From NCBI RefSeq assembly GCF_001194135.2, contig NC_068996.1, forward strand, positions 38,712,764 to 38,762,363: a DNA stretch of 49,600 nt, read 5' to 3'. Both the position numbers and the translations under genes were made by a program. The DNA comes from Octopus bimaculoides (lineage: Eukaryota). Under the pieces are notes generated by a model. The model was not told the DNA's origin and searched no databases. It saw only the letters and a list, made by a program, of their open reading frames with translations. Shown in pieces: positions 44,715-49,600 of the stretch; positions within the stretch are counted from its first letter, which is position 1, and the number at the start of each line of letters is the position of its first letter.

Positions 44715-45145
44715 CATATCATCATTGTCGTCATCGTTTAACGTCCGTTTTCCATGCTGGCATGGGTTGGACGGTTTGACTGAGGACTGGTGAGCCAGAA
44801 GGCTGCACCAGGCTCAGTCTGATTTGGCAAAATTTCTACAGCTGGATGTCCTTCCTAATGCCAACCACTCTGAAAGTGTAGTGGGTGCTTTTACGTGACA
44901 CCGGTACGAGGGCCAGTCAGGCGGTTCTGGCAACGACCACGCTCAAAAGGTGTTTTTTACGTGCTACCTGCACAAGAGCCAGTCTGGTGGCACTGGCAAC
45001 GACCACATTCGAATGTTTTTCACATGCCACCGACACGGGAGCCAATCCGTAGCCCTGGCAACGATCACGCTCGGATGTGCTTTTACCGTTCCACTGGCAC
45101 ACAGTGCCAATCAGGCGGTACTGTTATCGGTCACGTCAGCGATAT
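44715..45145 (-). mobile_element. SINE-like repeat with internal tandem subrepeats
   Basis: Same family as 611-905; several GAGCCAGTC..GCACTGGCAACGA.CAC units. Confidence 0.85.
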
Positions 45146-45619
45146 TGCAGACTTTTTGACAAAGCTAATATCTAAAGAAGGGAGACAACTGCTGCTACAC
45201 TTACTGTAACTTTCGCTGATGTTGTCACTGTTACTTGTTAGATTGACACAACCACTACCATAATGGCTAGTGTTACTGTTAACCTAATTAGCCACTCCTC
45301 AATAAGAAACGATTTCAATCTGTTCTTAAACTGTTGCTGCTGCTACCTGTGTGACTTGGTAGCCATTAGAATGAAACCCATATCCAATGCCATGTGATTT
45401 TTACATAAAAAGCACAAGAACTTACAGTACTAATGTCATAGAATATATTTCAATTTTTTTTTCTGCTTTTATTTCAGCATAGCTAATCATCTTATAAAGC
45501 AATTAAAATCAGCAGCATATTTTGATAACTATGTAAATATTTTTTATCCATGATAAAGTACTCAAAGCATTTTCTTTTCTTTCTGTTTTTTTAAATATAT
45601 ATATATATAGAGAGAGTTA

Positions 45620-45935
45620 TTAATATTTCTAAGTCTCTCTAAAGGAGACTACGGCAGCGGTACTGGAAATTAATAGTTATCGCCAAGCCAACATGGCAGT
45701 CCCAAAATTAGGACGAAAGCTGCCGTGAATTAGCTCCAAGAAGCCATCGCCTCTAGCTAGCTATGTGACACACGAAACCTGTGTCCTTTATAACCTTCGA
45801 ACAGTGGAGGTCAGCAGTGTCCCCCTGCTGGTTTGGCAACTGCAGACTAGTTTCAGGGTGTTGCCCCTTGTCAATGCAGAGCAGCCAAGCCTTAGCCAGG
45901 CGGCGCTGTTGACTATCTGCTCGAAGGTTATTTAT
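45620..45935 (-). mobile_element. Family B repeat, CpG-rich (young) copy
   Basis: Same blocks as the other family B copies; many intact CpGs. Confidence 0.6.
45840..45879 (-). ncRNA. Minimal hammerhead ribozyme motif with U3-A8 variant core
   Basis: CUGCA-UUGACAA-GGGG(CAACA)CCCU-GAAAC-UA-GUC-UGCAG. Confidence 0.7.
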
Positions 45936-46140
45936 CTANNNNNNNNNNCTAAGTCTCTCTAAAGGAGACTACGGCAGCGGTACTGGAAATTAATAGTTAT
46001 CGCCAAGCCAACATGGCAGTCCCAAAATTAGGACGAAAGCTGCCGTGAATTAGCTCCAAGAAGCCATCGCCTCTAGCTAGCTATGTGACACACGAAACCT
46101 GTGTCCTTTATAACCTTTATAACCTGTGTCCTTTATAACC

Positions 46141-46175
<35 letters not shown>

Positions 46176-46265
46176 ATATATACATATATGTATATATATA
46201 TATATATATGTGTGTGTGTGAGAAAGTTGGTATGTGAAATCACGTGGTTGGATGTATAAAAGATA

Positions 46266-46390
46266 ATAAGAGTGAAAAAACTACAGAAGACTTGTGCTAC
46301 ATGGTTAAAGTATATATTTAAATTATGACATAATTTAAATATATACTTTAACCATGTAGCACAAGCCTTCTGTAGTTTTTTCACTCTTAT
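46266..46390. repeat. Near-perfect palindrome, 62-bp arms, 1-nt loop, 1 mismatch
   Basis: 46266-46327 vs reverse complement of 46329-46390. Confidence 0.9.
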
Positions 46391-47042
46391 CTTTTATATC
46401 TATCTATATATATATATATATATATATATAGATAGATAGACGTGCACGCTCTTATTCTACACTGGATATGCCACAATTAGTCTTAGCAAGGTATTGTTCA
46501 CCAAAAGTGCTCAACAATTAGTTGTATAAAGTTTGAATTATTTGGGGCTGCAGCTTAAGTCTGTAAAAGAGAAAAAGAATAACTGAAAGAGTTATTCTGA
46601 TACATGTTAAACACGTATGATCTTACCATATAGCACAAGTGGCACATGCATGTATATATGTGTGTGAGAGAGAGAGAGAGAGAGAGAGTATAAGCATTGA
46701 TGGGATGTTTACAATCAATAACTTGTCTACTGAAAGCTGGAGCTTTTTCATAACTGATTTGATATTAAAAGTGTCCTGTCTTTTCAGAACGAAGACATTT
46801 CTAAATTTTGGTTTGCATTTGATATTTTTGGTATAATGTGTAAGTAAAATACATTCTTAATAATAGACGTAAGATATTCAAAAGGCTGGATACAAGACCT
46901 TAAAAGGCTTATTTCTTTATCAAGTTTAAAGAAGGTATTAGAGTTTTAGGAAAACTCAGTATTAAATATACTAATCAGGATAATGGTTAACTCCTCAAAA
47001 TGTCTCTATGAAAAAAAAGTTATAATGCACAAATATGTATTT

Positions 47043-47126
<84 letters not shown>

Positions 47127-47889
47127 ATATATAGATACACAAATGGATAAATAGATGAATGGATATAGATATATGTATTTGATAAATATAATTATATATC
47201 TTTATTTTTGAAATATTGTATCCCATTGTGTGAGTACAATAAAGTCAATGCTTTATGTTTTGTGATATGACATATCTATTAACGAATAATCAGATGTTAT
47301 TAACTTCAAGAAGTGGGAATCAAGAGTTGTGACTTTCTTGCCTTTTCCAGAGGCATAAGTAATGTGAGTGAAACAGCTACAAACAACCTATAACCAAACC
47401 TGGTTTGCTGTCTCAGCTTATCAGAATTTACCAACTATATGATGGTGCTTGCTACTATATATAATTATATTTGTTATATACATACATTTATATTTATAAG
47501 TCTGTAATGCATATATTAATATATTATACACATGTATATGTTATGTTTATAGTTTGTATGCCTTTTTAATTTTATGTATATGCTTCTGAATATATATAAA
47601 TGTTTTGTATGCACATAAATCTGTGTTTGTATGTATTTACATGTATGTATATAGTGTGAGTGTGGTTCTATGTATATATATAAACACGTGTGTGTGTGCG
47701 TGTTTGTCCCTCCAACATCGCTTGACAACATCCCCGTAATCTAGCAGTTTGGCAAAAAAAAGACCGATAGAATAAGTACTAGGCTTATAAAGAATAAGAC
47801 CTGGGGGTCAATTTGCTTGACTAAAGGCTTCAGCATGGCCACAGTCAAATGACTGGAACAAGTAAAACAGTAAAGAGTATATATGCGTA

Positions 47890-48185
47890 TATCATCATCA
47901 TCATCGTTTAATGTCCGCTTTCCATGCTAGCATGGGTTGGATGATTTGACTGAGGACTGGTGAAACCAGATGACTACACCAGGCTCCAATCTGATTTGGC
48001 AGAGTTTCTACAGCTGGATGCCCTTCCTAACGCCAACCACTCAGAGAGTGTAGTGGGTGCTTTTACATGCCACCGGCACAAGGGCCAGTCAGGCAGTACT
48101 AGCAACGGCCACGCTCAAAATGGTGTTTTTTATGTGCCACATGCACAAGAGCCAGTCCAGGGGCACTGGCAACGATCTCGGAAGG
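47890..48185 (-). mobile_element. SINE-like repeat, near-identical to 611-905
   Basis: Direct alignment; similar ORF-track peptides ([23 protein letters not shown]). Confidence 0.85.
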
Positions 48186-48364
48186 CATGTGACCTAGTTG
48201 GTTAGGCTGTTGCACTCAAAATTGTGGGTTTGATTCCTTGAGTGAGTTGCACATTGTGTTCTTGAGCAAAAAGAGTTCATCTCACGTTGCTCCAGTCTCT
48301 CCTTTCGAATGTTGGCCTGCTCGTGAGGTGGTGTCATTTGAAGGTTAAAACATCTGATAGCCTG

Positions 48365-48738
48365 ATACAGTTCTATATTTAAGAGATGAGGAATTATGTA
48401 CATTATTTACATTTTGACAGATATTTGTCCTCATCTTGTTTGTTGTTAACACAACATTTTGGCTGATATACCTTCCAGCCTTCTTCAGGTATCTTGGGGA
48501 AATTTCGAACCTGGTGTAGTAATTAAGAGTGCTGGCTACTAACCCCAAGATTCCAAGTTCGATTCCAGGCAGAGACCTGAATAATAATAATAATGATAAC
48601 ATCAAAAAATACCTTAGGAATGAGAACCCAAGTTCGAAATTTCCTCAAGACACCTGATGAAGGCTGGAGGGTATATCAGCCAAAATGTGTTAACAACAAA
48701 CAAGTTGAGGCCAAATATCCGTCAAATGTAAATAATGT
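48365..48738. mobile_element. Family A element, second copy in opposite orientation, inner part of one arm deleted
   Basis: Same arms; B box 48557-48566; TSD ATCTGATAGCCTG at 48352-48364 and 48739-48751; both HHR motifs (48448-48494 -, 48648-48691 +) have G12>A. Confidence 0.85.
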
Positions 48739-49232
48739 ATCTGATAGCCTGGTCAGTCACATGATCATGTGTGATATGTATATATATATATATATAAAAT
48801 GGAACAAAAACACAACAGAGGACAATAAAACATCTGGACAGATAGATGATACAAAGGTGAACAGGAAAAAACAACAATTAGAGGAACAGAAAAAAAAGGA
48901 GGGGTCATTCGTGGCCTTCTTTTGTCAGTCCAGTTACCAGATGTCCTTACAGTTTTGAGCAGTTACATTTGACACTGTTCAATCTGGTCACCCCCCTAAA
49001 AAGTTAAGAGAATTAGATTTTTTTGTGAGAAAGCTAGCGAATGTGTACAACAACAAAGACAAAAAACAGAGAACATGGTACACAATTACAAATACAAACA
49101 ACAAGAATATAACAATGGGTGTCTTTCGACTGAGGATGAATCAAATTGAAATGGTGTGTATGAAGTGACAGCCTTAAGGCAGGAATATAAGATATATATA
49201 TATATATATGTATAAAGCAATTAAGAGTATGG

Positions 49233-49600
49233 AAAGCCCCCGGCCCATCAGGGATCAGTGCAGAGATGCTCAAAATATCTGGCAGTGTTGGCTATAGCCT
49301 AGTCACCCATATTACGAACCAGGTGATACACGAAGGAGTCATACCCTATGACTGGTGTAGCAGCATCATAGTTAACTGCTACAAAGGTAAAGATGACGCT
49401 TTAGATACAAATAATTACAGAGGCATCAAGCTGTTAGATCAGGTTATGAAAGTTACAGAGAGGGTCATAGCCCAACTAATTAGGGAGCGAATCAATTTAG
49501 ATGAGATGCAGTTTGGGTTCGTGCCAGGTAAAAGCACCACTGACGCCATATTTCTAGTAAGACAGCTGCAGGAGAAATACCTAGCCAAGGATAAGTCTCT
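49233..49600 (+). mobile_element. RTE-type LINE RT, open frame running off the window
   Basis: KAPGPSGISAEMLK...IPYDWCSSIIVNCYKGKDDALDTNNYRGIKLLDQVMKV...EMQFGFVPGKSTTDAIFLVRQLQEKY, no stops. Confidence 0.9.

Noticed and set aside
44895-45145. Short repeats with variable spacers, superficially CRISPR-like
   Set aside because: Internal subrepeats of a SINE in eukaryotic DNA; spacers are mutually similar and there are no cas genes.
45629-46116. Exact duplication of the family B 5' part across a 10-N gap
   Set aside because: Would mimic a tandem retrozyme array, but identity across a gap suggests a haplotype or assembly artefact; needs long reads.

Overview
AT-rich, repeat-dense eukaryotic genomic DNA with eight N-gaps and long (TA)n/(CA)n/(GA)n tracts. 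The repeat landscape looks cephalopod (Octopus-like); this is an inference, not a database result. One host gene is well supported: an 8-coding-exon DCN1-like neddylation E3 gene (DCUN1D5/DCUN1D4 type) on the + strand, 20824-38975, encoding 241 aa with all introns GT-AG. The rest is transposon-derived: CR1-, RTE- and Tx1/L1-like LINE fragments, a mariner fragment, mariner/piggyBac/hAT-type MITEs and several SINE families. The standout is a set of hammerhead ribozyme (HHR) motifs in small non-coding mobile elements. Family A is a ~490-bp palindrome of two head-to-head tRNA-like Pol III heads, each followed by a sense-oriented minimal HHR, with an asymmetric ~31-34 nt tail and 12-13 bp target-site duplications (two copies). 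Family B carries minimal GUC-cleaving HHRs, one with a compensatory U3-A8 core, and one copy has been hit by two tandem Tx1-like insertions at the same site. Several more decayed HHR relics, fold-back elements and near-perfect palindromes are present. Ribozyme activity is inferred from motif match only.
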